Source of the DNA: Parcubacteria group bacterium GW2011_GWA2_42_14 | Lineage (GTDB): Bacteria > Patescibacteriota > Minisyncoccia > Sungbacterales > GWA2-42-14 | Reading direction: 5' to 3' | DNA length: 64,000 bases | NCBI GenBank assembly: GCA_000998135.1 | Contig: LCCV01000003.1 | Span: 6,392 to 70,391 of the forward strand | In this document: positions 45,374 through 56,024 of the stretch, piece after piece | Numbering within the stretch: position 1 is the stretch's first letter | Layout: every line of letters begins with the position of its first letter | Program-made: the position numbers and the translations under genes | Notes under the pieces: model-generated | What the model was told of the DNA's origin: nothing | The model's database searches: none | What the model saw: only the letters and a program-made list of their open reading frames with translations

Positions 45374-46381
45374 ATGCCTTCAGTAAAATCAATAAAACAG
45401 CGAATAAAATCAGTAAAAAATACCCGCCAGATTACCAAGGCGATGGAAGTTGTTTCTGCAACGAAAATGCGAAAATCGCAGCAATTTGCTATTGAAGGCA
45501 GGCCTTATGCCCTTGCCGCCATGGAGATGCTGGGAAATGTTTTGGCAAGAACAAGGTACAGACCGCCGCTTTTACGAAAACGAGAAATTAAACAGGCGGC
45601 GTTAGTTGTGGTAACTTCTGATAAGGGCCTTGCTGGCGCATTTAATTCCAATGTTTTGCGAAAAGCCGAAAAATGGATTTTAGAAAATAAACAAAATTAT
45701 CCTGTGGATTTAGTAACGGTAGGCAGGAAATCGCGTGATTATTTCCAAAACAGAAAAGAAAATGTTGTAAAGGAATTTATTGGTTTCGGCGATTTTATTG
45801 AGCCGAATCAGACAAAGCCGTTATCTGATTTTCTTACGCGCGGATTTTTAAAAAAGCAATGGGATTTAGTTGAAATAATTTATACTAATTTTCGCTCCAC
45901 TTTAAAACAAGAAGTAAAAATGGTTCAGCTTTTTCCGGTTGATTTGGAAAAAATAAAAGATACAATTGTGGGTATAACCCCAGAATATGGAAGATTTGCA
46001 GTTAATAGTGAAAATCCCAAATCCCAAAATTCGCCCCCTCGGCGAATTCCAGGGCTTCGCCCGTCGGAAGCAAATACTTTTGCTTCCGACCCAAATTCCA
46101 AACAAATTCAAAATTATCTTTATGAGTATAAGTTTGAGCCGTCGCCAAAAGCTATTCTAAATTCACTCATTCCTCATTTGCTCGAAATGCAAATTTTTCA
46201 TATGATACTTGAGTCAAATGCTTCGGAACATTCAGCTCGGATGGTGGCCATGAAAAACGCTTCGGAAAACGCAGCAGACATTATTCAGGAGTTGACTTTG
46301 CAATATAACAAGTCAAGGCAGGCGGGAATTACGCGTGAATTAACGGAAATAACTGCTGGTAAAGAGGCATTGGAGGTGTAA
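45374..46381 (+). CDS. atpG: ATP synthase F1 subunit gamma with in-frame insertion
   Basis: QITKAMEVV, SDKGLAG, SEHSARMVAM, RQAGITRE. Confidence 0.97.
   Translation: MPSVKSIKQRIKSVKNTRQITKAMEVVSATKMRKSQQFAIEGRPYALAAMEMLGNVLARTRYRPPLLRKREIKQAALVVVTSDKGLAGAFNSNVLRKAEKWILENKQNYPVDLVTVGRKSRDYFQNRKENVVKEFIGFGDFIEPNQTKPLSDFLTRGFLKKQWDLVEIIYTNFRSTLKQEVKMVQLFPVDLEKIKDTIVGITPEYGRFAVNSENPKSQNSPPRRIPGLRPSEANTFASDPNSKQIQNYLYEYKFEPSPKAILNSLIPHLLEMQIFHMILESNASEHSARMVAMKNASENAADIIQELTLQYNKSRQAGITRELTEITAGKEALEV
46028..46092. repeat. 65-bp triple-hairpin element, copy 1 (coding)
   Basis: Inverted second copy at 58552-58616. Confidence 0.9.
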
Positions 46382-46438
46382 TCATGCGAATGTTTTTGCA
46401 AATGTCTCCGAATAATATGCTAGTTAAAATATAATTTT

Positions 46439-48146
<1,708 letters not shown>

Positions 48147-48264
48147 TTTTCAATTTTCAATTTTCAAATACGAAATGACGGCGCGACTTGCGAAAAAATA
48201 AAAAGCTGTCACATAGACAGCTATTAAGCCTCTCGCTTATTTCACCTTTTTTATATTAAATTCC

Positions 48265-48501
48265 TTACGGCCATATCTCGCTGAATTTCCGGCAGTTACC
48301 GCAATAATAACAGCAAGCAGGTTTAGTGAGAAGATAAATTGAAGTTATTGGTTTCATGTTTCCAAGTGTGTTGCATTTAGGACATGAATGCGATGATGGC
48401 TGTGAACGAGAGAGCATTTCCGATATACATGCTATAAGCGTTATAAGCAGCGGACTCGCAATGGCAAAAGTTACAAGAAGAGCGCGAATGAGAACATCCA
48501 T
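48265..48501 (-). CDS. Small membrane-anchored zinc-ribbon-like protein
   Basis: N-terminal TM, CPKC...CGNC. Confidence 0.55.
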   Translation of the reverse strand: MDVLIRALLVTFAIASPLLITLIACISEMLSRSQPSSHSCPKCNTLGNMKPITSIYLLTKPACCYYCGNCRKFSEIWP

Positions 48502-48556
48502 GTTTTACCACTCGGTTAATTAGATATAGGAACTATTAGTAACAATATCTTCTTTT

Positions 48557-48802
48557 ATGAAATTGTCAATTTATAGTTTGCAAAAAACTCTTTTTGAGGG
48601 CGAGGTTGAAAAAATAATCGCCCGCACAACCACGGGCGAAATTACGGTTTTAGACGGGCATATTCCTTTGATTTCTTCTTTAAGGGGGCCGGGTTTAGAA
48701 CTTATTGACAAAAAAGGAAAAAAGGATATAATTAAGATTGACTCTGGTTTTTTGGAAATACGGCCAGAAAGCGAGGTAGTTATACTTGCCGATACCGCAT
48801 AA
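48557..48802 (+). CDS. atpC: ATP synthase F1 subunit epsilon (N-terminal domain only)
   Basis: GEITVLDGHIPLIS...SGFLEI...VILAD. Confidence 0.93.
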   Translation: MKLSIYSLQKTLFEGEVEKIIARTTTGEITVLDGHIPLISSLRGPGLELIDKKGKKDIIKIDSGFLEIRPESEVVILADTA

Positions 48803-48833
48803 CCAAAATCCGAACCGATCTTTTAAATACTTA

Positions 48834-49280
48834 ATGAAACGGATATACCTTTTTAAGCAAAAAATAACTCTTGATCACTACGTTGCGGAAGCGTATACGG
48901 TGCGTTGCGTGGATGATCGTTTTTGGAAAACATTTAAAAATTTTTTGCGGGAGCAAAACATTACTCATGTTGATCCTAAAAGCCCTGCCGGCGGAGTAAA
49001 AGTATTTGCGTCTCCAAATCGCGAGAGTGACCGGGAATATAATCTGGATGAACTTGCAATTTCTATCAAGCTTCATCATGTGAAAAAAGTTATGCTTTTC
49101 AGCCATAGCGACTGCGGAGCTTATGGCGGGCTTAAGAAATTCAACGGCAATAAAGATAAGGAATTGAGGTTTCATTTGAAAGAGCATGAAAAAGCCAAAG
49201 AGGTCGTGGGTAAACGTTTCCCCGGGTTAAAAATTGAAACTTACTTTATTGACGAAGAGGGCGTAATAAAAACCTCCTAA
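48834..49280 (+). CDS. Beta-carbonic-anhydrase-like protein
   Basis: CVDDR...AGG...HSDCGAY zinc ligand pattern. Confidence 0.75.
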   Translation: MKRIYLFKQKITLDHYVAEAYTVRCVDDRFWKTFKNFLREQNITHVDPKSPAGGVKVFASPNRESDREYNLDELAISIKLHHVKKVMLFSHSDCGAYGGLKKFNGNKDKELRFHLKEHEKAKEVVGKRFPGLKIETYFIDEEGVIKTS

Positions 49281-49329
49281 GGAATTTAAAAGAACCGGCA
49301 GAAGAGCCGGTATTTTTAAATTTGATTAT

Positions 49330-49456
49330 TTCCAGATCGTCCTAAAACGCCAAAAAGTTACTCCCTGAGCTTGTCGAAGGGCAACTTTTTGGCTTATTTA
49401 TGTAATCCTTCGACAAGCTTAGGCAGTAAAAATATAGTTTTTGGACGGTCCGGGAG
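49330..49456. repeat. Nested palindromic element (intergenic), same architecture as the miaA insertion
   Basis: Outer CGTCCTAAAAC/GTTTTTGGACG; inner AGCTTGTCGAAGG/CCTTCGACAAGCT. Confidence 0.75.
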
Positions 49457-49462
49457 GTTCAT

Positions 49463-50671
49463 TCATTTTTTAATAATTAGGTTTTCGGAGCTACCGACGG
49501 TAAACCTTCTATTCATAACCGCGAGTTTTAGAAGCAGATAAAATATTATTGAACCGCCAATGACTAAAATTGCCACCGCGAATGAATCATATTTTATGAT
49601 AAACCATTCTTTATCCCACGGGAAAGCGATATTCATTCCGAAGAATCCGGTCAGGGCCGCCGCAAAGGTGGTCATTTTAATTACGGCAAGTTCCCGCTGG
49701 GTGTTTTCCTCATAGAGAGTGTGTAGAAGCGTTATGGTACCCTCCAGATACTCCCGGGTCATTTCCCATAAATGTTTTGTGTAGGCACCCGCTGAATCCA
49801 GCGGTTCAAAACGGCGGAGTCCGTATTTTTTAAGGAAATCCGATTCGTCTTTGGCGATAGTATGAAATCGTTCTTTTAAAATATCCTGCATTTGAAGGAG
49901 TCGAGCTTCCACATAAGTAATGGTTCGGCGTATTTCCAGAAGCCGCCGCCTTATTTCCGGAAAATCTTTGTAGCGAAGCGAGCGGGAATCCCGGATTTTT
50001 GATATTTCATCCCAAAAAGCCCTATGTCGTCCAAGATAATCTTCCAGCTGGAATTCAAATTCACGGAAAAAAATATCGTGTTTGACGAATGATTCCAGTT
50101 TAATCATGTCTGGTAGTGTGTTTTTGAAGCGAAGTATGGTAAGGGAAGGAGAGCGGTGTATTTCCATTTCCGGCCCCTTTACCACAGAGGTCGGTCTTTC
50201 TTGTATTGAGGAATAAATTTCGTTTATATTTTCATCGCCGGCTTCTGAAATTACGGCAATGAAGGGTAAAACGGTTTTAATATCGCGAATGTCCCGGGGA
50301 ATGGGCGCTCCTAAACTGAAAAGATAATTTATTGCAGGGCCGAGTTTTTGAGTATAAAATTCCAAAAGAAAAGTTCTGGCCTTGGAAAATTCGTGGTCAT
50401 GGGATTCAATAATATTTGCTGTTTTTATAAGCAAAATTCCGTCCTCGGTAATTATAAATTCTCCGTTTTGGAACGAGGCATTAAGAAAATCAGCGTCAAA
50501 TTCTTCATGAAGTTTGAAATCGGTTAAGCCAAGCGTGTCATGAAGTTTTTTGAGCTTTTTAGGGTCCAGGCCCTTAATACCTTCCCTCTCATTTAAAAAA
50601 TTAAAAACCTCCTTCAAATGGATTGAAGTTCGGGGAAACCATGTGCCGAGATAGAGTCGGTGGATGATCAT
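49463..50671 (-). CDS. CorA-like divalent cation transporter
   Basis: Long soluble helical region then two TM helices with FFGMN signature. Confidence 0.65.
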   Translation of the reverse strand: MIIHRLYLGTWFPRTSIHLKEVFNFLNEREGIKGLDPKKLKKLHDTLGLTDFKLHEEFDADFLNASFQNGEFIITEDGILLIKTANIIESHDHEFSKARTFLLEFYTQKLGPAINYLFSLGAPIPRDIRDIKTVLPFIAVISEAGDENINEIYSSIQERPTSVVKGPEMEIHRSPSLTILRFKNTLPDMIKLESFVKHDIFFREFEFQLEDYLGRHRAFWDEISKIRDSRSLRYKDFPEIRRRLLEIRRTITYVEARLLQMQDILKERFHTIAKDESDFLKKYGLRRFEPLDSAGAYTKHLWEMTREYLEGTITLLHTLYEENTQRELAVIKMTTFAAALTGFFGMNIAFPWDKEWFIIKYDSFAVAILVIGGSIIFYLLLKLAVMNRRFTVGSSENLIIKK

Positions 50672-50758
50672 TATGATTATAATATTATACCTCATAAGAT
50701 TTTTGGACAATTGTGCATAACTTTCAATTTTGTCGGAAATCTGTTATATTTTATTGGT

Positions 50759-52111
50759 ATGAAGGAAATATATTTAGATCACGCCGCTACAACTTATTTA
50801 GACCCGCGGGTAAAAGAAGCGATGGATCCGTATTGGGAATTGGAATATGGAAATCCATCCAGTTTATATCGGGTTGGCCGTAGGGCAAAAGATGTTCTTG
50901 ATGGAGCGCGTGTTTCGGTTGCAAAAATTTTAAACTGCCGTTCAGATGAAATTATTTTTACCGGCGGAGGAACCGAAGCGATTAATTTAGCGATTTTTGG
51001 TGCGGCAAGGTATTACGGCCAGCCGCAAGATACAAGATACAAGATACAAGATACAAGTTTTCGCGGTCATATTATTACTTCCAAAATTGAACATCACGCG
51101 GTTTTGCATTCAATGGAGGCGCTGGAAAAAGAAGGGTTTGAAGTAACTTATCTTGATGTTGATGAATACGGGTTGGTTAGTCCGGAAGATGTTAGAAAAG
51201 CGTTGCGGCCGGATACTATCTTGGTTTCAATTATGTATGCCAACAATGAGATTGGAACGATTGAGCCCATCGCGGAAATTTCTAAAATTATCAAAAATTT
51301 TCGCGAGGAATTAAGAATTAAGAATCAGGAATTAGGAAAAAGTCCCGAAACCATAATTCATAATTCATCATTCATACTTCCCGTATTCATGACCGACGCC
51401 TGTCAGGCCTCCGGTTCACTGGACATGGATGTTCAAAAATTGGGCGTTGATTTACTCGCCTTCAATGGCTCCAAAATTTACGGCCCGAAAGGAGTTGGGG
51501 CGCTTTATAAAAAAGCATCGGTGCGTTTGAAGCCCTTGATTTACGGCGGGGGACAGGAAAATCAGATGCGTTCCGGTACGGAAAATGTGCCGGGGATTGT
51601 TGGATTAGCTAAAGCGTTTGAATTGGCGCAAGCGGAAAAAGAAAAAGAAAATATCCGTTTAATTGAACTTCGTGATTACTTCACAAGGCGGCTTTTAACG
51701 GAAATTCCAAAAGTCGTTTTGAACGGGCATCCGGCAAAGCGTTTGCCGAATAATATAAATGTTTCAGTTTTGGATATTGAAGGGGAAGCGGTTATTTTGT
51801 ATCTTGACTCAAAAGGAATTTATATTTCTACCGGTTCTGCTTGCACTTCAACCACCCTTGACCCATCGCATGTTATTTTGGCGTTAGGCAAGCCATATGA
51901 ATACGCCCATGGTTCATTAAGATTTACTTTGGGTAAGCGAACAACCAAAGAGGAGCTGGATTATATTATGGAAGTTTTTCCCGGTATTGTTAAAAAACTA
52001 CGCGCAATTTCTCCGGTTCGGATGGAAGTCGGACAAACAAATGTCAGTCATCCCGAGGCCTTTGCCGGACAAGGTTCGAAGATAAAAGTAGGTGGTAAAA
52101 ATTATAAATAA
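50759..52111 (+). CDS. iscS: Cysteine desulfurase (IscS/NifS) with two in-frame repeat insertions
   Basis: YLDHAATT, GNPSS, ANNEIG, KIYGPKG, RSGTEN, STGSAC. Confidence 0.95.
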   Translation: MKEIYLDHAATTYLDPRVKEAMDPYWELEYGNPSSLYRVGRRAKDVLDGARVSVAKILNCRSDEIIFTGGGTEAINLAIFGAARYYGQPQDTRYKIQDTSFRGHIITSKIEHHAVLHSMEALEKEGFEVTYLDVDEYGLVSPEDVRKALRPDTILVSIMYANNEIGTIEPIAEISKIIKNFREELRIKNQELGKSPETIIHNSSFILPVFMTDACQASGSLDMDVQKLGVDLLAFNGSKIYGPKGVGALYKKASVRLKPLIYGGGQENQMRSGTENVPGIVGLAKAFELAQAEKEKENIRLIELRDYFTRRLLTEIPKVVLNGHPAKRLPNNINVSVLDIEGEAVILYLDSKGIYISTGSACTSTTLDPSHVILALGKPYEYAHGSLRFTLGKRTTKEELDYIMEVFPGIVKKLRAISPVRMEVGQTNVSHPEAFAGQGSKIKVGGKNYK

Positions 52112-52130
52112 AAAAAGGGCTTTATGCCCC

Positions 52131-52367
52131 TTAAATATTTGGTCCATTTTCAACTTCGCCTTTTTCACTTATTGTAAATACAAAACCCTTGTTTTTCAAA
52201 AGTTCAGAGATATCGGTTTCGGAATGAACAATGAATGTTTGAGGATTTCGCACAAAGGCCTTTCCCCTGATACCATGAACCGAGGAAAGCGTTTCCCGCA
52301 GCTGTTCAATGCTGGTATTGCCGTGTCCGAGATCTATAATGTAGATGTAAAGAAACTGTTTGTCCAT
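52131..52367 (-). CDS. Hypothetical protein
   Basis: 78-aa ORF with a shared terminator hairpin. Confidence 0.5.
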   Translation of the reverse strand: MDKQFLYIYIIDLGHGNTSIEQLRETLSSVHGIRGKAFVRNPQTFIVHSETDISELLKNKGFVFTISEKGEVENGPNI

Positions 52368-52483
52368 TTTTTCGTTTCGCGTACTTTAATGGTCCGGAAA
52401 GAATTATTTTTAAGCATAATAGGATTATAGAGAAAACGCAACAAGTAAAAAAGCCGCACGGGTTAGGTGTGGCGGTACGGGTT

Positions 52484-52834
52484 CTAATCGGAATAAGAAG
52501 AACGCGCAAGAGATAGGGTGACATATTCTTCTACTGAAAGTGGTTCCCATACCCTAATGATGTTTATTAGTTCGTATCCCGGAAGGGGGTTTTCGCGACA
52601 GTATAAGGAAACTGTTTTCTCCGGCCAATCAAACTCGGTCTTCATGCGGCTTTTTACTTTACTGGCAATCGTCTTGATTTCATTGTCCGTAAGTTCGTAT
52701 TTTTCTAATTTGTAGCTGGTTGTACTGATAAGACGTTCGGGGTCAGGCGTAATAATATACGGGAAACGTTGAGAAAGATACAATTCCGGGGGCAATGAGT
52801 TTAATGCTTTGTAGAGCGCGAGAAACCTTGCCAT
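52484..52834 (-). CDS. Hypothetical protein
   Basis: 116-aa ORF; minus-strand promoter TTGACT-17-TATAAT at 52871-52899. Confidence 0.6.
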   Translation of the reverse strand: MARFLALYKALNSLPPELYLSQRFPYIITPDPERLISTTSYKLEKYELTDNEIKTIASKVKSRMKTEFDWPEKTVSLYCRENPLPGYELINIIRVWEPLSVEEYVTLSLARSSYSD

Positions 52835-52903
52835 TATTAGTCCCTTTTTGAGTTAAAGAACAGTATATAAATTATAAGTTATTTAATTTAAAAAGTCAAA
52901 TAT

Positions 52904-53569
52904 ATGGATGTAAATCCCAAAATAAACATCAACGCAGATGTTGTGAATCAGTACACCGGCGAGAAGTGGTATTATTCCGATATCGTTAAGGAGCATTTTT
53001 TCAATCCCCGGAATTTAATGCTGGATGAGCCGGATGAGTCGCAATATGACGCGGTTGGGATGGTCGGGAGTCCGGCGTGTGGAGACATGATGAAGATGTG
53101 GCTGAAAATTGAACAGGATTCAGAGCGTGTGAAAGAAATGAAATGGCGTACTTTTGGGTGTGGTTCCGCAATTGCCGCAACTTCTATGTTCAGCGTTATG
53201 GTTACGGAAAATGGGGGACTGCCCATAGGCGAGGCATTAAAAATAAAGCCCCAGCATATAATGGAGCGATTGGGCGGCCTGCCCAATAGGAAAATTCATT
53301 GTTCGGTTTTGGCAGATAAGGCGTTTCGAAAAGCGGCTAATGAGTATTTCCGCAAGACAGGACAAAATCTTCGTGTTATGATAGAAGGAGCGTGCGTGAT
53401 TGATTCAAAATTGAATATTACCGATAAGGATATTGAAGAAGCTGTTTTGGAAGGCGCGACGGATTTGGAATCGGTTCAGAAAAAATTAAAGGTCGGTGTC
53501 GGCTCTCCGGAAATTATTACTGAGGTAGAACAATTAATTAGATTTTATAAAGAAAAATATTATGGTTAG
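52904..53569 (+). CDS. iscU: Fe-S cluster scaffold, NifU/IscU family
   Basis: HFFNPRN, PACGD, FGCGSA, KIHCSVL. Confidence 0.92.
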   Translation: MDVNPKININADVVNQYTGEKWYYSDIVKEHFFNPRNLMLDEPDESQYDAVGMVGSPACGDMMKMWLKIEQDSERVKEMKWRTFGCGSAIAATSMFSVMVTENGGLPIGEALKIKPQHIMERLGGLPNRKIHCSVLADKAFRKAANEYFRKTGQNLRVMIEGACVIDSKLNITDKDIEEAVLEGATDLESVQKKLKVGVGSPEIITEVEQLIRFYKEKYYG

Positions 53570-53786
53570 ATTTAAATTTAATCCGGAAAAGGGCGGTGTT
53601 GAAAAAATTATTGATCCCGATGAAAAAAAGCTGGAAAGAATGCGTGAAGAGGTACTGTTGTTGGAGTCCGAAAAAAAGAAAAGGATATTGTCTCCAGAAG
53701 AAGAAACCCGCCTTTGGAATTTTAAAAAGAGAATCGGAGTTATAGATATTCCCGATTCCGAAATTCATACCGGGCAGTATTTATAA
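53562..53786 (+). CDS. Hypothetical protein
   Basis: 74-aa ORF overlapping the iscU stop. Confidence 0.55.
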   Translation: MVRFKFNPEKGGVEKIIDPDEKKLERMREEVLLLESEKKKRILSPEEETRLWNFKKRIGVIDIPDSEIHTGQYL

Positions 53787-53820
53787 AAAATAGCCCAATA
53801 AGGACTTGGGCTTGAATTTG

Positions 53821-54084
53821 TCAGCGGAAGTTTTTTTGTCGGTTTTCCAAGCGCGAAAGAATATTTTCTATTTCTCGTTCATCTTGCTTTTTAACGGCTT
53901 TTTCCATTTCGTCGAGGTTATACATCATTTCAATCGGGTCATAACCGTAAGTTTGTATAATGCGCCTTGCAAAATTGTCAAGATTTCTGTTCATGAATGC
54001 CTGAATTATTTTTCCAAGTCGCATAGCTTTTGGATTGTCAACAATTGGCATGTTCGTTTTACGCCCTCTTATTCCAAAGAACAT
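53821..54084 (-). CDS. Hypothetical protein
   Basis: ORF with upstream TTGACC-16-TATAAT; start may be internal (MPIVD). Confidence 0.55.
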   Translation of the reverse strand: MFFGIRGRKTNMPIVDNPKAMRLGKIIQAFMNRNLDNFARRIIQTYGYDPIEMMYNLDEMEKAVKKQDEREIENILSRLENRQKNFR

Positions 54085-54109
54085 TATTAATGTATTATAA
54101 TCTAATATT

Positions 54110-54331
54110 ATGGAAGGTCAAGTTCCTCAAAATAACTTAACACCGCAATCCCCCGAAGTTAAAAAACCTGTAAAAATCGGTAAAATTATGGCCTGCCCCG
54201 CACCAATTCTGGTTACGATGCTTTACTTGTTTTAAGTGTGAGCCGAAGGCGATTCCGCGAAACAATGTGCCGCTTTTTCTAAAAATATTTTCGGAATTTG
54301 GTGCGGGGTTAACCGGAATCTTTCAAAATAA
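54110..54331 (+). pseudogene. Duplicated ferredoxin 5' fragment split by a MITE-like element
   Basis: KKPVKIGKIM[insert]VNRNL versus KKPLKIGKIVVDRNL in the intact gene. Confidence 0.75.
54196..54308. mobile_element. MITE-like element with CCCCGCACCAA termini
   Basis: CCCCGCACCAA / TTGGTGCGGGG. Confidence 0.65.
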
Positions 54332-54333
54332 TT

Positions 54334-54600
54334 ATGGATGAACAAAATCAACAAAATAGCCAATCGCAAGAGAAGAAGCCCCTGAAAATAGGGAAGATAG
54401 TTGTTGATAGAAATCTTTGTATTGGCGCGGCCTCCTGCATTGCCGTAGCGCCGGGTGTTTTTGAGCTTGATTCGGAAAATAAGGCCGTGATATATAATGA
54501 TAAGGGGGCGGATGACGAAACGATTCTTTTGGCCGCTAAATCATGCCCTACACAAGCAATATTGGTTTTTGATGAAGAAGGAAATCAGATTTATCCGTAA
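54334..54600 (+). CDS. Ferredoxin (single cluster, probably 3Fe-4S type)
   Basis: CIGAASC...CP motif. Confidence 0.9.
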   Translation: MDEQNQQNSQSQEKKPLKIGKIVVDRNLCIGAASCIAVAPGVFELDSENKAVIYNDKGADDETILLAAKSCPTQAILVFDEEGNQIYP

Positions 54601-54710
54601 ACGTGAAGCGTTTAGCGGTTAGTGTATAGCGCGGTTCAGAGTCCTTACGACCCCCTATCGAGAGGGGTTATAAATCAGAATTGTGAAAAAGTCTAAGGTG
54701 TTGAATAATT

Positions 54711-55385
54711 ATGGATTTATCTAATCAATATAATAAAATTGCAAAAGAATTTTCTCGCGTTCATGATATTGGCGAGAATAGCAATCGAGAAAACCGGAAA
54801 GTTTTTTATAGCAACCTTGACTTTATAAAGCCGGGGATAAAGTTGCTTGACCTCGCTTGTGGTGATGGTCTTGATTTGGCCTACTATAAGAGTTTAGGCG
54901 CGGAGATATATGGTTTGGATGCTTCGGAAGAGTTTGTCGCCAGCGCTAAAGAGAAATTACCGAAATCAGATATACGAGTCGGTCTTTTTAAAAACCTTCC
55001 GTTTGAGAATAATTTTTTTGATGTCGTTTTAAGTAAATATGCAATACAGACATCACATGATTTGAATCCGGTATTTTCAGAGATTCATCGCGTTCTCAAG
55101 TCCGGCGGGATTATGATGTATCTTGTTACTCATCCTTTTCGCCAGTATTTTGAAAAAAGAGACGTAAAAGCCGATTATTTTGAGCAAAAAGTTGTTGAGC
55201 CGAGGATTCTTAATAACTCAATTATTGTTCAGGAGCCAACCCACACAATGAACGAATATTTGAATGAATTTCTTTTTAAGAATTTTGATATCCAATTTTT
55301 TCAAGAATACTGGGATACTGCCGCTGAACAGATTGATGGTAGAAAGTATCCAGGGTATTTTATTCTTAAAGCGAAAAAGCGCTAA
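54711..55385 (+). CDS. Class I SAM-dependent methyltransferase
   Basis: LLDLACGDG, GLDAS, LPFENNFFDVV, RVLKSGG. Confidence 0.9.
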   Translation: MDLSNQYNKIAKEFSRVHDIGENSNRENRKVFYSNLDFIKPGIKLLDLACGDGLDLAYYKSLGAEIYGLDASEEFVASAKEKLPKSDIRVGLFKNLPFENNFFDVVLSKYAIQTSHDLNPVFSEIHRVLKSGGIMMYLVTHPFRQYFEKRDVKADYFEQKVVEPRILNNSIIVQEPTHTMNEYLNEFLFKNFDIQFFQEYWDTAAEQIDGRKYPGYFILKAKKR

Positions 55386-55421
55386 ACGAGAAAGCTGGTT
55401 AATAAATTAAAATCATAAATT

Positions 55422-55997
55422 ATGTACGAACCAAAAAACTTTGACCACCTTTTAGGAACCGCTGGTTTTAGCGACACGCTTCTTAAAAATCACTTCACTC
55501 TTTATCAAGGATACGTTACCAACACAAATAAACTTGCTGATGCTTTATCACAAATGATAGAAACGGAAAAAATCGGAACACCGGAGTATGCGGAACTGAA
55601 GCGAAGATTCGGTTGGGAATTTAACGGAATGCGGCTTCACGAACTTTACTTTAGTAATATGAAAAAAGGCGGAGTGGCGCTTGATACAAATTCGGAACTC
55701 TATAAAAAAATTATTGCAGATTTCGGAAATTATGAAAACTGGGAGAAGGATTTCAAAGCTACGGGAGCAATGCGGGGAATCGGGTGGACAATTCTTTATT
55801 ACGACCCAGAAGTAAAACGCGTGTTCAATGTTTGGATTAATGAGCATGATTTTGGGCATTTGGCCGGATGTAAGCCGCTTTTGGTGCTTGATGTTTTTGA
55901 ACACGCTTACATGCTTGATTACGGACTTAAACGCGCCGATTATATTGAAGCGTTTTTTAAAGCCATAGATTGGGAAGTGGTTGCTTCGCGTTTTTAA
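55422..55997 (+). CDS. Fe/Mn superoxide dismutase family
   Basis: HFTLYQGYV, LHELYF, DVFEHAY. Confidence 0.93.
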   Translation: MYEPKNFDHLLGTAGFSDTLLKNHFTLYQGYVTNTNKLADALSQMIETEKIGTPEYAELKRRFGWEFNGMRLHELYFSNMKKGGVALDTNSELYKKIIADFGNYENWEKDFKATGAMRGIGWTILYYDPEVKRVFNVWINEHDFGHLAGCKPLLVLDVFEHAYMLDYGLKRADYIEAFFKAIDWEVVASRF

Positions 55998-56024
55998 TTT
56001 TATCCGCAACTATTTTTAACAACC

